In this document: positions 48,062 through 57,376 of the stretch, piece after piece | How the letters are laid out: each line of letters begins with the position of its first letter | How positions within the stretch are numbered: position 1 is the stretch's first letter | Assembly (NCBI GenBank): GCA_013151745.1 | Contig: JAADHS010000012.1 | Span: 4,354-68,353 of the forward strand | Reading direction: 5' to 3' | Source: Gammaproteobacteria bacterium | GTDB taxonomy: Bacteria; Pseudomonadota; Gammaproteobacteria; JAADHS01 | Length of the DNA: 64,000 nt | Notes under the pieces: model-generated | Told to the model about the DNA's origin: nothing | Databases searched by the model: none | Seen by the model: the letters and a program-made list of their open reading frames with translations, nothing else | Made by a program: the position numbers and the translations under genes

Positions 48062-50251
48062 ATGATGGAAAAAGAGCTTGATTTTTCAGATGATGTTGCC
48101 GTTGAGCGGCTTACCGGGGTGATTGAGCGCATTGCTTTTCACAATGATGAAAATGGATTTTCTGTTCTTAAGGTCAAGCTTCTCACTCAGGACGAGGCGG
48201 TTACGGTGATTGGTGCGGTGGCGTTAGCCCGATGTGGAGATCATATCGAAGCCTCGGGATCATGGATCAATAATAAAGTTCATGGTATACAGCTTAAAGC
48301 GGATCAGATTCGTATTGTTCCCCCCGCAACCCTGGAAGGCGTGGAGCGTTATCTCTGTTCGGGCATGATTCCTGGTGTGGGCGAGCATTTTGCCAATTTG
48401 TTGATTCGTGCCTTTGGTGCAGATGTGTTTGACGTGATAGAAAATCAGCCCAAACGCTTGGCTGAAGTGCAGGGTATCGGGCCTAAGCGTGCTAAACAAA
48501 TAATAGGCTCATGGGATGAACAGCGTGCTGCACGTGATGTTATGGTGTTTTTGCAGAGTCATGGTATCGGGCCGGCGCGTGCCGTTCGTATTTATAAAAC
48601 CTATGGTGACCAGGCAATGGAACGGATTATGGAAAATCCTTATCGCTTGGCGCTGGATATTCATGGGGTGGGTTTTAAAATTGCAGATCAACTGGCCTTA
48701 AGTTTAGGGCTTCCGGAAGAATCGGTTATGCGAGCCAGAGCGGGGGTGATACATCAGCTCAAACAACTTGCTTTACGAGGACATTGTGCGGCTCATCAAA
48801 ATTCGCTTGTCGAAGATATCGTTAAGCTGCTCAACATCTCTGCAAAAAAAATTGAAGAGGCGATAGCACTGGAGGTTCATTCTGGCTTGTTAGTTAAAGA
48901 GGCGCTTCCAGAAGGGAATCTGTTTTTTTTATCCACTTACCATGCAGCAGAAAAAGGTATTGCAGACAAATTATTAAAACTGGCTCAAGGCGAACCTTCG
49001 TGGGTTGATTTAGAGTTGGCAGTAGAATTGACAAAAGTTGAAAAGCTAACCGGGCTGGTTTTATCTTCTTCGCAAACCTTGGCCGTAGAAACAGTTTTAA
49101 GCACAAAAGTATCTATCATTACAGGGGGGCCCGGTGTCGGAAAAACAACGGTTGTGAACAGTATCATAAAATTGGTGCGAGCGCATGGCACACGAGTTTG
49201 TTTGTGCGCCCCCACGGGTCGAGCTGCCAAACGATTATCTGAGACCACGGGTTTAGAGGCCAAAACGGTGCATCGCCTACTTGAGTTCGACCCGCATAGC
49301 AAGGGTTTTAAACTAGGCCAGCACCAGCCTCTTGAAACGGATTTGGTGGTGGTGGATGAAGCGTCTATGGTTGATCTTGAATTAATGTACGCTTTGGTTG
49401 CCGCTATTCCAAAAAATGCAGCGTTGTTGTTGATTGGTGACCAGGATCAACTGCCTTCTGTTGGGCCAGGGGCTATTTTGGCAGACATTATTCAGTCCCA
49501 GCGTTTCCCCACGGTTTGTTTAAGAGAAATTTTCAGGCAAGCCAAAACGTCCAATATTATTGTTAATGCACATCGCATTAATCAAGGAGAGATGTTATTA
49601 GAGCCTGAGGCGGGTGCGCCGTTAGACGATTTTTATTTTATTGCTTGCCAGACCCCCGAGCAAATTCACGACAAACTCCTGGCGGTAGTGACTAAACGTA
49701 TTCCTGAACGCTTTGGGTTTCATCCCATTCAGGATGTGCAGGTTCTGACGCCGATGAATAAAGGTGGGTTGGGTACGCGCTCACTTAACGTTGAGCTACA
49801 AAAAAAACTGAATCAAAATAAAGGGCCCGTGATTTCACGGCAAGGTATGAATTATGCGCTGGGTGATAAGGTCATTCAAACGGTAAATAACTATGACAAG
49901 GCTGTTTTTAATGGCGACATTGGCTTTATAGATTATGTTAATGCTGCAGATCGTATTTTAAGTGTTAATTTCGACGGCCAATGTGTTGAGTACCCCGCGG
50001 CGGATCTGGCAGAACTTACGCTCGCTTATGCGACCACGATACATAAATCACAAGGTTCGGAATACCCGGCCGTTGTGGTTTTGTTATCTACGCAGCACTA
50101 TACCTTGTTAGAGCGTAATTTATTATATACTGCGGTAACAAGAGGCAAGAAGCTGGTGGTGGTCATCGCTCAGCCACGGGCACTGGCATTGGCGATAGGG
50201 AACGTCAGGGTGTCGTCGCGAGTCACCCGCTTGGCTGAGCGCTTAAAATGA
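48062..50251 (+). CDS. recD2: RecD2-like SF1B ATP-dependent DNA helicase
   Basis: 729 aa: N-terminal HhH region, Walker A GGPGVGKTT, helicase motifs (..VVVDEASMVD.., ..LIGDQDQLPSVG.., ..TIHKSQGSE..), and a C-terminal SH3-like domain. Confidence 0.85.
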   Translation: MMEKELDFSDDVAVERLTGVIERIAFHNDENGFSVLKVKLLTQDEAVTVIGAVALARCGDHIEASGSWINNKVHGIQLKADQIRIVPPATLEGVERYLCSGMIPGVGEHFANLLIRAFGADVFDVIENQPKRLAEVQGIGPKRAKQIIGSWDEQRAARDVMVFLQSHGIGPARAVRIYKTYGDQAMERIMENPYRLALDIHGVGFKIADQLALSLGLPEESVMRARAGVIHQLKQLALRGHCAAHQNSLVEDIVKLLNISAKKIEEAIALEVHSGLLVKEALPEGNLFFLSTYHAAEKGIADKLLKLAQGEPSWVDLELAVELTKVEKLTGLVLSSSQTLAVETVLSTKVSIITGGPGVGKTTVVNSIIKLVRAHGTRVCLCAPTGRAAKRLSETTGLEAKTVHRLLEFDPHSKGFKLGQHQPLETDLVVVDEASMVDLELMYALVAAIPKNAALLLIGDQDQLPSVGPGAILADIIQSQRFPTVCLREIFRQAKTSNIIVNAHRINQGEMLLEPEAGAPLDDFYFIACQTPEQIHDKLLAVVTKRIPERFGFHPIQDVQVLTPMNKGGLGTRSLNVELQKKLNQNKGPVISRQGMNYALGDKVIQTVNNYDKAVFNGDIGFIDYVNAADRILSVNFDGQCVEYPAADLAELTLAYATTIHKSQGSEYPAVVVLLSTQHYTLLERNLLYTAVTRGKKLVVVIAQPRALALAIGNVRVSSRVTRLAERLK

Positions 50252-50802
50252 TTCTGACGTTTGAAATAAACTCCGAAGGTTGGTTGGACGGGGTGATGCG
50301 CATTCTATCGCCTAATTGTGATGAGCGACCGACAGGCCAGATAATAAGTTTATTAGTGGTTCATGGCATCAGTTTGCCGAGTGGCGAGTTTGGTGGCCCC
50401 GGGATAGAGGCACTGTTTACCAATAATATGGATATCAGTATGCATCCTGAATTTAAAGAACTTGCGGGTCTTCAGGTTTCTGCGCATCTTTTAATTCGTC
50501 GTGATGGGCAAATCATTCAATTTGTGCCCTTTACGAAGCGTGCCTGGCATGCGGGAAAATCCAATTTTGGTGGCCGAGCGTGTTGTAACGACTTTTCCAT
50601 TGGTGTTGAATTAGAAGGTGTAGATGATAGACCCTATGATGATCGACAGTATTCGATTTTGGTGGAGGTGATCAAAGCTTTGCAGAAAAGTTACCCGGAG
50701 ATATTAACCGATCGTATTGTGGGTCATTGTGATATTGCACCAGGACGTAAAACTGATCCAGGTGAAGCGTTTGACTGGTTGCGTTTAAAGTCTAATATTT
50801 AA
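50248..50802 (+). CDS. ampD: 1,6-anhydro-N-acetylmuramyl-L-alanine amidase
   Basis: 184 aa with the amidase_2 fold, Zn ligands H..H..D (..VVHGISLP.., ..HCDIAPGRKTDPG..). ATGA overlap with recD2. Confidence 0.88.
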   Translation: MILTFEINSEGWLDGVMRILSPNCDERPTGQIISLLVVHGISLPSGEFGGPGIEALFTNNMDISMHPEFKELAGLQVSAHLLIRRDGQIIQFVPFTKRAWHAGKSNFGGRACCNDFSIGVELEGVDDRPYDDRQYSILVEVIKALQKSYPEILTDRIVGHCDIAPGRKTDPGEAFDWLRLKSNI

Positions 50803-50825
50803 ACCCAGAGATAAGGAAGCATCAT

Positions 50826-51695
50826 ATGAGTTTCATTATTATTCTTGTTGCTATAGTAATAGAACGGTTTTGGACAGGTCGACAACGCTTGTGTGAAATG
50901 GATTTATTTGGCCGATATTATTTGGCCGTACGGCAACAATTTGGCGAATCGGAAACCTATGACGGTGCGGTTGGTGTGTTTTGCTTACTGTTACCTCTTA
51001 TGATTTTTATTGGCCTGCTACAACAAATTTTAAGTTTTGATAGCGTGTATCTGGTTTCTCTATTTTTTGGGGTCGTGATCCTATTGCTGTGTATGGGCAA
51101 TAATAATCTGGATCATCAGCTACAGCGTTATTTACTGGCGAGTGAAAAGAAAGATGAAAATGAATTATTTGAAGTTTCGGCAGAAATTTTAAAGGATGCG
51201 GTGCCCGTTGATGAAGCCGAGCGGGAATACAAATTAATACGAACCGTTCTGGCTCATGCCAATGATGGGTTGATGGCGATGTTATTTTGGTTTTTTATAT
51301 TAGGCCCGATGGGTGCTGTGCTTTATCGTTGTACCTATGTCGTGAAGCAGTATTGTGAGCGAGAAAAAGATACGAGTGATTTTTCCCAAAGCATACAGGT
51401 ATTATATGGCGTGTTGTCGTGGTTGCCAGCAAGAATAACGGCCTATTTTTACGGATTTTCAGGGGATTATTCTGCGTCAATCAGAAATAGAAACCAGGAG
51501 CGTCGGGTGGATCCTGGGGAATGGATGAATAACAATGAGCGTATTATGGTTGGTAGTGGGCTGGGCGCATTACACCTGGATGAAGCCGGATCATCGTTTC
51601 CTCACGACGCCGTTGATAAGACACGTAAACTGATTAATCGCGCGACGATCATTTTTTTATCAGGTATCGCGATACTGACTTTTTTTGGATTTTAA
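50826..51695 (+). CDS. ampE: AmpE-family membrane protein
   Basis: 289 aa with an N-terminus IVIERFW like E. coli AmpE LIFERLF, and multiple TM helices. It follows ampD. Confidence 0.75.
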   Translation: MSFIIILVAIVIERFWTGRQRLCEMDLFGRYYLAVRQQFGESETYDGAVGVFCLLLPLMIFIGLLQQILSFDSVYLVSLFFGVVILLLCMGNNNLDHQLQRYLLASEKKDENELFEVSAEILKDAVPVDEAEREYKLIRTVLAHANDGLMAMLFWFFILGPMGAVLYRCTYVVKQYCEREKDTSDFSQSIQVLYGVLSWLPARITAYFYGFSGDYSASIRNRNQERRVDPGEWMNNNERIMVGSGLGALHLDEAGSSFPHDAVDKTRKLINRATIIFLSGIAILTFFGF

Positions 51696-51790
51696 AGATG
51701 CCACGGAGCTAGCCCCGTGGCGATTGAGATTTGAAGCCTGATTGCATTTACAGTTGCGTTGAACATCTTCGAAATAATCGACAACTACGA

Positions 51791-53884
51791 TTATTTTTTC
51801 TTGGCCGCGGCGTTACGTTCTTGAACTTCCTTGATCACTTCATCGGCAACATTTTTAGGGCAAGCGATGTAGTGTGAGAACTCCATAGAAAACTGACCTC
51901 GTCCAGAAGTCATGGTGCGCAGGTCGCCGATGTAACCAAACATTTCACTCAATGGGCAGTCGGCTTTGATGCGTACACCTGTTACCCCTGATTCTTGTGA
52001 TTTGATCATGCCACGGCGGCGATTTAAGTCGCCGATGACATCACCGACATGATCCTCAGGAGTGAAGACATCGACTTTCATAATGGGTTCAAGGATTTGT
52101 GGCCCTGCTTTGGGAATAGACTGACGATATGCTGCTCTTGCTGCAATTTCGAAAGCGACTGCTGACGAATCTACGGCGTGGAATGCGCCATCCGTTAGGG
52201 TGACGCTAAAATCCAGACAAGGAAAGCCTGCTAAAACGCCGACATCCAGGCTATTTTTAAAGCCTTTTTCTACGGCGGGCCAGAACTCTCTAGGTACGTT
52301 ACCGCCGGTGACCTTGGATGCAAATTGAAAGCCACTGCCCGGTTCACCGGGTTCGATAGTGAAATCGATTTTTGCAAATTGACCTGAACCTCCCGATTGT
52401 TTTTTATGGGTATAGCTGTCTTCGATGCGCTGGGTGATCGTTTCGCGATAAGCGACCTGGGGTTTACCGACTTCAACGTCAACACCGTGTGTACGGCGTA
52501 AAATATCGACTTTGATGTCCAAGTGAAGTTCACCCATTCCTTTCAAAATGGTTTCGCCGCTGTCTTGATCTGTCTCAACGCGGAATGAAGGGTCTTCCTG
52601 GATCATTTTACCCAAGGCAATGCCCATTTTTTCTGATCCCCCTTTATCTTTAGGGGCAACAGCCATAGAGATAACGGGATCAGGGAAAACCATAGGTTCA
52701 AGCGTTGCCGGTTGTTTTAGGTCACATAAAGTATGTCCCGTTTGCACATTTTTCATGCCGAGTACAGCAATAATGTCGCCGGCCTGAGCGGAATCCAGTT
52801 CTTCACGAGAATCGGCGTGCATTTCAACAATTCGGCCGATACGTTCTGTTTTTCCGGTGAATGTGTTGAGCAGGGTCATGCCTTTTTCCAGACGGCCAGA
52901 ATAAATGCGTAAGAAAGTGAGTGCGCCGTAGCGATCATCCATGATTTTGAAGGCCAATGCTCGAAGGGGCTTGTCTGGATCAACAATTGCAAATTCACCC
53001 GTTTCTTCACCTTCTAGATTAACCTCAGGTTGGGGTTTAACTTCGGTGGGGTTTGGTAAATAATCAACAACAGCATTCAATATATTTTGTACGCCTTTAT
53101 TTTTGAAAGAGGAGCCACAAAAAGTTGGGAAGAAATCCAGAGCGATTGTTCCTTTACGGATGCATCGTTGTAAATCTTCAATGGATGGTTCTTCACCATC
53201 CAGATATTTTCCCATCAGGTCGTCATCTTGCTCTAATGCCGTTTCGACCATTTTTTCGCGCCATTCAGCCGTTTTTTCAGCTAAATCTTCAGGGATATCG
53301 CCAATAGTATATTGAGTTGGGTCGCCAGAATCATCCCAGACCCATGCTTTGCGAGTTAACAAATCAACGACACCCGTGAATGCATCTTCGACACCGATAG
53401 GGAGTGTCATTACGAGTGCGTTAGCACCCAAAACTTTTTCGACTTGATCGACAACGCGATAAAAATCAGCACCCATGCGATCCATTTTGTTGACATAGAT
53501 AATACGAGCTACTTCTGAGTCATTGGCATAGCGCCAGTTTGTTTCTGACTGAGGTTCTACACCGCCCGAAGCACAAAATACACCCACACCACCATCAAGA
53601 ACCTTAAGCGAGCGATAAACTTCAATAGTGAAGTCAACGTGACCCGGAGTATCAATAATGTTGAAACGGTGATTATCCCAGAAACAGGTGGTTGCTGCCG
53701 ATTGGATAGTAATACCACGTTCTTGTTCCTGTTCCATGAAATCGGTTGTTGCCGCACCATCGTGGACTTCACCGAGCTTGTGAATTTTACCGGTGAGTTT
53801 GAGAAAGCGTTCTGTGGTCGTTGTTTTACCTGCATCAACGTGGGCGAAGATACCAATATTCCTGTAGAGAGTGAGATCTGTCAT
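51791..53884 (-). CDS. Elongation factor G paralog (EF-G2-like; not in a str operon)
   Basis: 697 aa: G1 [10 protein letters not shown]3 DTPGHVDF, and all five EF-G domains. The flanks are ampE and a small Zn-ribbon gene, not rpsG/tuf. Confidence 0.9.
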   Translation of the reverse strand: MTDLTLYRNIGIFAHVDAGKTTTTERFLKLTGKIHKLGEVHDGAATTDFMEQEQERGITIQSAATTCFWDNHRFNIIDTPGHVDFTIEVYRSLKVLDGGVGVFCASGGVEPQSETNWRYANDSEVARIIYVNKMDRMGADFYRVVDQVEKVLGANALVMTLPIGVEDAFTGVVDLLTRKAWVWDDSGDPTQYTIGDIPEDLAEKTAEWREKMVETALEQDDDLMGKYLDGEEPSIEDLQRCIRKGTIALDFFPTFCGSSFKNKGVQNILNAVVDYLPNPTEVKPQPEVNLEGEETGEFAIVDPDKPLRALAFKIMDDRYGALTFLRIYSGRLEKGMTLLNTFTGKTERIGRIVEMHADSREELDSAQAGDIIAVLGMKNVQTGHTLCDLKQPATLEPMVFPDPVISMAVAPKDKGGSEKMGIALGKMIQEDPSFRVETDQDSGETILKGMGELHLDIKVDILRRTHGVDVEVGKPQVAYRETITQRIEDSYTHKKQSGGSGQFAKIDFTIEPGEPGSGFQFASKVTGGNVPREFWPAVEKGFKNSLDVGVLAGFPCLDFSVTLTDGAFHAVDSSAVAFEIAARAAYRQSIPKAGPQILEPIMKVDVFTPEDHVGDVIGDLNRRRGMIKSQESGVTGVRIKADCPLSEMFGYIGDLRTMTSGRGQFSMEFSHYIACPKNVADEVIKEVQERNAAAKKK

Positions 53885-54094
53885 TTTTTTACTCTAAGTG
53901 TTGGGCGTGTGTTAGGGTGACGGATGCGACGCCAAGCTTAATGCCTTGCGCGTTCGTTCAGCTCCGAAAAAGGACGTTATTTTAACCTGAAATTCATTTA
54001 AAAACAGAAAAATAGACGCTATTAGAGTATAAAAATATATACATAATAAATGAAGTGATTGTATCTTTTTGTTTTTAAATGAATTTTTTAGTTT

Positions 54095-54280
54095 TTAAAC
54101 TGCTTTTGTTTTGACTTTCCCACATCGTTGGCAAGCCGTGCGGGTCATCAATTTGCCTTGTTTGACATCGAACTGTGGTTTGTTTTCAATCTGCCACTTG
54201 TGAAAACCGCTTCGACATAAGGTTGATCCTTTATGCTTTTCACTGGGTTTGCGCTTTTTAAAGGGGATAATCTCAGCCAT
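54095..54280 (-). CDS. Small Cys-rich (zinc-ribbon-like) hypothetical protein
   Basis: 61 aa with an AAGGAA RBS. C..H and CxRCGK motifs. Very basic. Confidence 0.45.
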   Translation of the reverse strand: MAEIIPFKKRKPSEKHKGSTLCRSGFHKWQIENKPQFDVKQGKLMTRTACQRCGKVKTKAV

Positions 54281-54334
54281 TCTATAAATTCCTTACGGTT
54301 TCAGTTTTTCTCAGAATACCAAACTGATTAACCT

Positions 54335-54520
54335 AAAAACGTAGTTGATTCACGATGTAGAGTATTTACGTCTGGTTTTATTTTTATAAGTAGTTGATTT
54401 TTATATCTATGTGGGAAAATTGTGATCACCTTGTTGGTGCTTGAAATTTTCCCGCATAGTTAGGCGGATCAAAAGCTTGTATTATACATTGTGGATCAAC
54501 TGTATTTTTTAGATTTAATC
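54335..54520. repeat. Intergenic repeat element copy D (about 185 bp, imperfect terminal inverted repeats)
   Basis: AAAAACGTAGTTGATTCACGATGTAGAG at 54335-54362 against the reverse complement of TACATTGTGGATCAACTGTATTTTTT at 54485-54510. The internal module TTTTCCCGCATAGTTAGGCGGATCAAAAGCTTGTAT is shared with copy C. Confidence 0.7.
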
Positions 54521-54751
54521 CTATCTGTCTGATTTTACAGTTATTGTAAGCGAACAGGTTAAGTTATTTCATAAATTGTCCGACTATATAGCCATAGCGT
54601 TATGATTAGGTGCGACTCTATATTCTGTACATCTACGACATCATGTGCTACTTTTTCTTTATGAGCTAATGTTTATTTGTCTTAACTCTGAACAAGACTT
54701 AAGCTAAAAAATGAGGGGTTGCAGGTTTGAATTTCCCTCAAAGGAGCCAAA

Positions 54752-54949
54752 ATGACTGATTTGATTAAAAGGCTTTTTAGAGTACATGTTAACAGCGAAG
54801 ATGCCCGAGTGCGTGCCGCAATAAAACGCTCAGGTGCAAGAGTGGTGGGCAGAGGTACTGTCGTAATTGATCCAGATAAAGTGAGAAACAGTAAAAAGTT
54901 TCGAGACAATGCCAAATTAGCCCAAAATTTAGTGAAAAAAGCATCGTAA
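54752..54949 (+). CDS. Small basic hypothetical protein
   Basis: 65 aa with an AGGAG RBS 6 nt upstream. Lys/Arg-rich. No recognisable domain. Confidence 0.4.
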   Translation: MTDLIKRLFRVHVNSEDARVRAAIKRSGARVVGRGTVVIDPDKVRNSKKFRDNAKLAQNLVKKAS

Positions 54950-54973
54950 GAAAAGCATGTACTAAACTTTTTT

Positions 54974-55747
54974 GTGTTCCTTTTATTAACTCTTTCAATT
55001 CTTGTTAGCGGCTTCATTGTTTGCAACAAAAACCCTCATTATTATTTTAGGCTTCATCGTTATCACGGGCAGCACTTATACCTAAGAAGTGCCTATCTTG
55101 GTGTAATATCTTTATTATTATTCTCAATGACTGCTCTCCTGTGCAAGCAATTTTTCCCTTCGAGCACGGGGATCAATTTTGTCTCTGTAATGGAGTCTTT
55201 TTTAGACGATGTGTTTACAAAAAATGACGAAAATTTAACATTATACTCATGGATGATTATTCTCTCCGTTGGAACTATTTTAACGGCCTATCTGTGGTGC
55301 TTTTTGACATGGCTTAGGCTGGGCTTCGGTTATAAATCCAGAGAAAGCGCAAAAGCAAATATTATGTATGATTTACTAAAAGACAGTCCGTTGGATAAAC
55401 TGTTATTCATGGCCAGTATTGATGAAGCTCCGGTACTTTTGACGTTACAGTCAAGAAAAGTTTATGTGGGATACATCACTTCTCTTGGTGAACCTAATGA
55501 AACTGAAGGCATGGATCAGGAAATAACCATAATCCCTCAAGTAAGTGGGTATAGAATGGAAGAAACATTAGAAGTGGCGTTTAATACTCAATACAATAAT
55601 CACGATGTAAAAGTAGATCTGGTGATTCGGCAAGAACAAATACTCTCCGCCACATTATTCGATTATTCAGCTTATAGCACATTGAATCCACCTGCTGAGG
55701 AAACTCCTATTCAACAAAAGTTGGACTTAGGATCTGTAAATAAATAA
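54974..55747 (+). CDS. Hypothetical membrane protein in an AT-rich segment
   Basis: 257 aa by the GTG start, with no clear RBS, so the start is uncertain. Three hydrophobic helices, then a C-terminal soluble region of about 140 aa. Codon usage is visibly AT-skewed relative to its neighbours. Confidence 0.4.
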   Translation: MFLLLTLSILVSGFIVCNKNPHYYFRLHRYHGQHLYLRSAYLGVISLLLFSMTALLCKQFFPSSTGINFVSVMESFLDDVFTKNDENLTLYSWMIILSVGTILTAYLWCFLTWLRLGFGYKSRESAKANIMYDLLKDSPLDKLLFMASIDEAPVLLTLQSRKVYVGYITSLGEPNETEGMDQEITIIPQVSGYRMEETLEVAFNTQYNNHDVKVDLVIRQEQILSATLFDYSAYSTLNPPAEETPIQQKLDLGSVNK

Positions 55748-55898
55748 CCTGGCATTTAAACCTTAATCTCTACGGGTATAGTATTCCGTCTCCGGTATTG
55801 CTCAAAGAATGACATACAACGAGTATGTTCACTTTGAGACGAATACCAGGTTATTTATTGACCGCCTCTTAGGTTCACCGTAAATTGAGTTATACATT

Positions 55899-56393
55899 AT
55901 GAATAAAAAAAACGCTGAGCGGCGTGATACCAAAGCGGTTGCGATATTAATGCAGATCTGGCGGTGGACTCATTTATTGCCGGGAGGTAAATGGCTGTTT
56001 AGTAAAATATTAGGTTGGGTTGTGCCTTATACTGGAACGATGGGTGCAAAAGTACTTGCGTTGGAACCCGGTTATGCCAAAGTGGAGCTTAACGAGTGTC
56101 GGCGAGTGCGCAATCATCTGCGATCTGTTCATGCGATTGCTTTGATTAATTTAGGTGAATTAAGTAGTGCATTGGCGATGTTTTCAATTTTGCCTAAAGA
56201 TGTGCGTGGTATCGTCCGGCATATGTCTGTAGATTTCAATAAAAAAGCACGGGGTCGTTTGACAACGGAAAGCTGGGTTGAGATGCCTGAAAACTTTGAT
56301 AAAACCTTGGTTGTGACCGCGAGTATTGTTGATGAAGAAGGGGATTGGGTTGCTGAAGTTCACGTTGATTGGCAATTAGAGCAATTGTCATGA
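55899..56393 (+). CDS. DUF4442/YiiD_C-like hotdog-fold protein (thioesterase-like)
   Basis: 164 aa. The family assignment is from memory of the YiiD C-terminal domain and is moderate. Confidence 0.45.
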   Translation: MNKKNAERRDTKAVAILMQIWRWTHLLPGGKWLFSKILGWVVPYTGTMGAKVLALEPGYAKVELNECRRVRNHLRSVHAIALINLGELSSALAMFSILPKDVRGIVRHMSVDFNKKARGRLTTESWVEMPENFDKTLVVTASIVDEEGDWVAEVHVDWQLEQLS

Positions 56394-57370
56394 AACCGGG
56401 TACCACCCTTCTAAAACAGTTGGCTATCAATCTGCCTGTTATCGGTGGGCCGATGTACCCTTGTAGTAATCCAGAATTAGTCGCTGCGGTTTCTTCAGCG
56501 GGCGGGATGGGCGTTGTGCAGCCCGTTTCGCTGACTTATGTTTATCGTTATGAGTTTCGGGCAGGCTTACGTTATATCCGTTCTTTAACGGACAAACCCA
56601 TTGGCATGAACGCGTTGATTGAGCAATCCTCTCGGCGTTACCGTGAGACCATGGTGCGTTGGATTGATATTGCGTTAGAAGAAAATATCCGTTTTTTTAT
56701 TACTTCATTAGGTAAGCCCGACTGGGTGGTGAAGCGTGTTCATGCTGCAGGCGGTTGTGTTTATCACGATGTGACTGAAAAAAAATGGGCGCAAAAAGCT
56801 TTGGACTGTGGTGTTGATGGTTTAGTTGCCGTCAATAATCAAGCCGGAGGACATGCTGGTGATTTAACGCCTGAAGCTTTACTTGCAGATCTCATCGATG
56901 TGGGTCTACCTGTCGTCTGTGCGGGTGGCGTCAGTGATGGGGCGGGGTTTATGGCTGCATTGAAATCGGGTTACGCGGGTGTGCAAATGGGGACACGTTT
57001 TATTGCAAGTACGGAATGTAGAGCCAGTGATGCGTATAAAGCCGCCGTTGTTAAGGCGAGTATAAAAGATATTGTATTAAGCGAGCGAATAACTGGTGTT
57101 CCTGTTTCTTTGATTCGTACGCGCTATGTAAAACAAACGGGTACTCGCGCAGGGTTGATAGCAAAATGGATGCTCAAAGGGCAAAAAACAAAACATCTAA
57201 TGCGGACAATTTACGCGCTGTTGGCAATGTATAAACTGAAAAAATCTAATCATGCCAAGGAGACATCCAGTGAGTTATGGCAAGCAGGAAAAAGTGTTGC
57301 GAGCATCACCAGAGTCGAGTCGGTGGCGACCATAATGGCACGTTTAGAAAAAGCCTATGCGCAGTTGTAA
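56390..57370 (+). CDS. Nitronate monooxygenase / NAD(P)H-dependent flavin oxidoreductase (NMO family)
   Basis: Start moved to ATG 56390 (ATGA overlap). ..LPVIGGPMYPCSNPELVAAVSSAGGMGVV.. and ..GGVSDGAGFMAALKSGYAGVQMGTRF.. are typical of the 2-nitropropane dioxygenase/FabK TIM-barrel family. Confidence 0.8.
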   Translation: MKPGTTLLKQLAINLPVIGGPMYPCSNPELVAAVSSAGGMGVVQPVSLTYVYRYEFRAGLRYIRSLTDKPIGMNALIEQSSRRYRETMVRWIDIALEENIRFFITSLGKPDWVVKRVHAAGGCVYHDVTEKKWAQKALDCGVDGLVAVNNQAGGHAGDLTPEALLADLIDVGLPVVCAGGVSDGAGFMAALKSGYAGVQMGTRFIASTECRASDAYKAAVVKASIKDIVLSERITGVPVSLIRTRYVKQTGTRAGLIAKWMLKGQKTKHLMRTIYALLAMYKLKKSNHAKETSSELWQAGKSVASITRVESVATIMARLEKAYAQL

Positions 57371-57376
57371 TGTTTT

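Noticed and set aside
56369-56392. An N-terminal extension of the NMO gene (MAIRAIVM..) overlapping the DUF4442 gene by 25 bp
   Set aside because: The in-frame ATG at 56390 gives the typical NMO N-terminus (MKPGTTLLKQL..) and a 4-bp ATGA overlap, so the longer ORF is unlikely.
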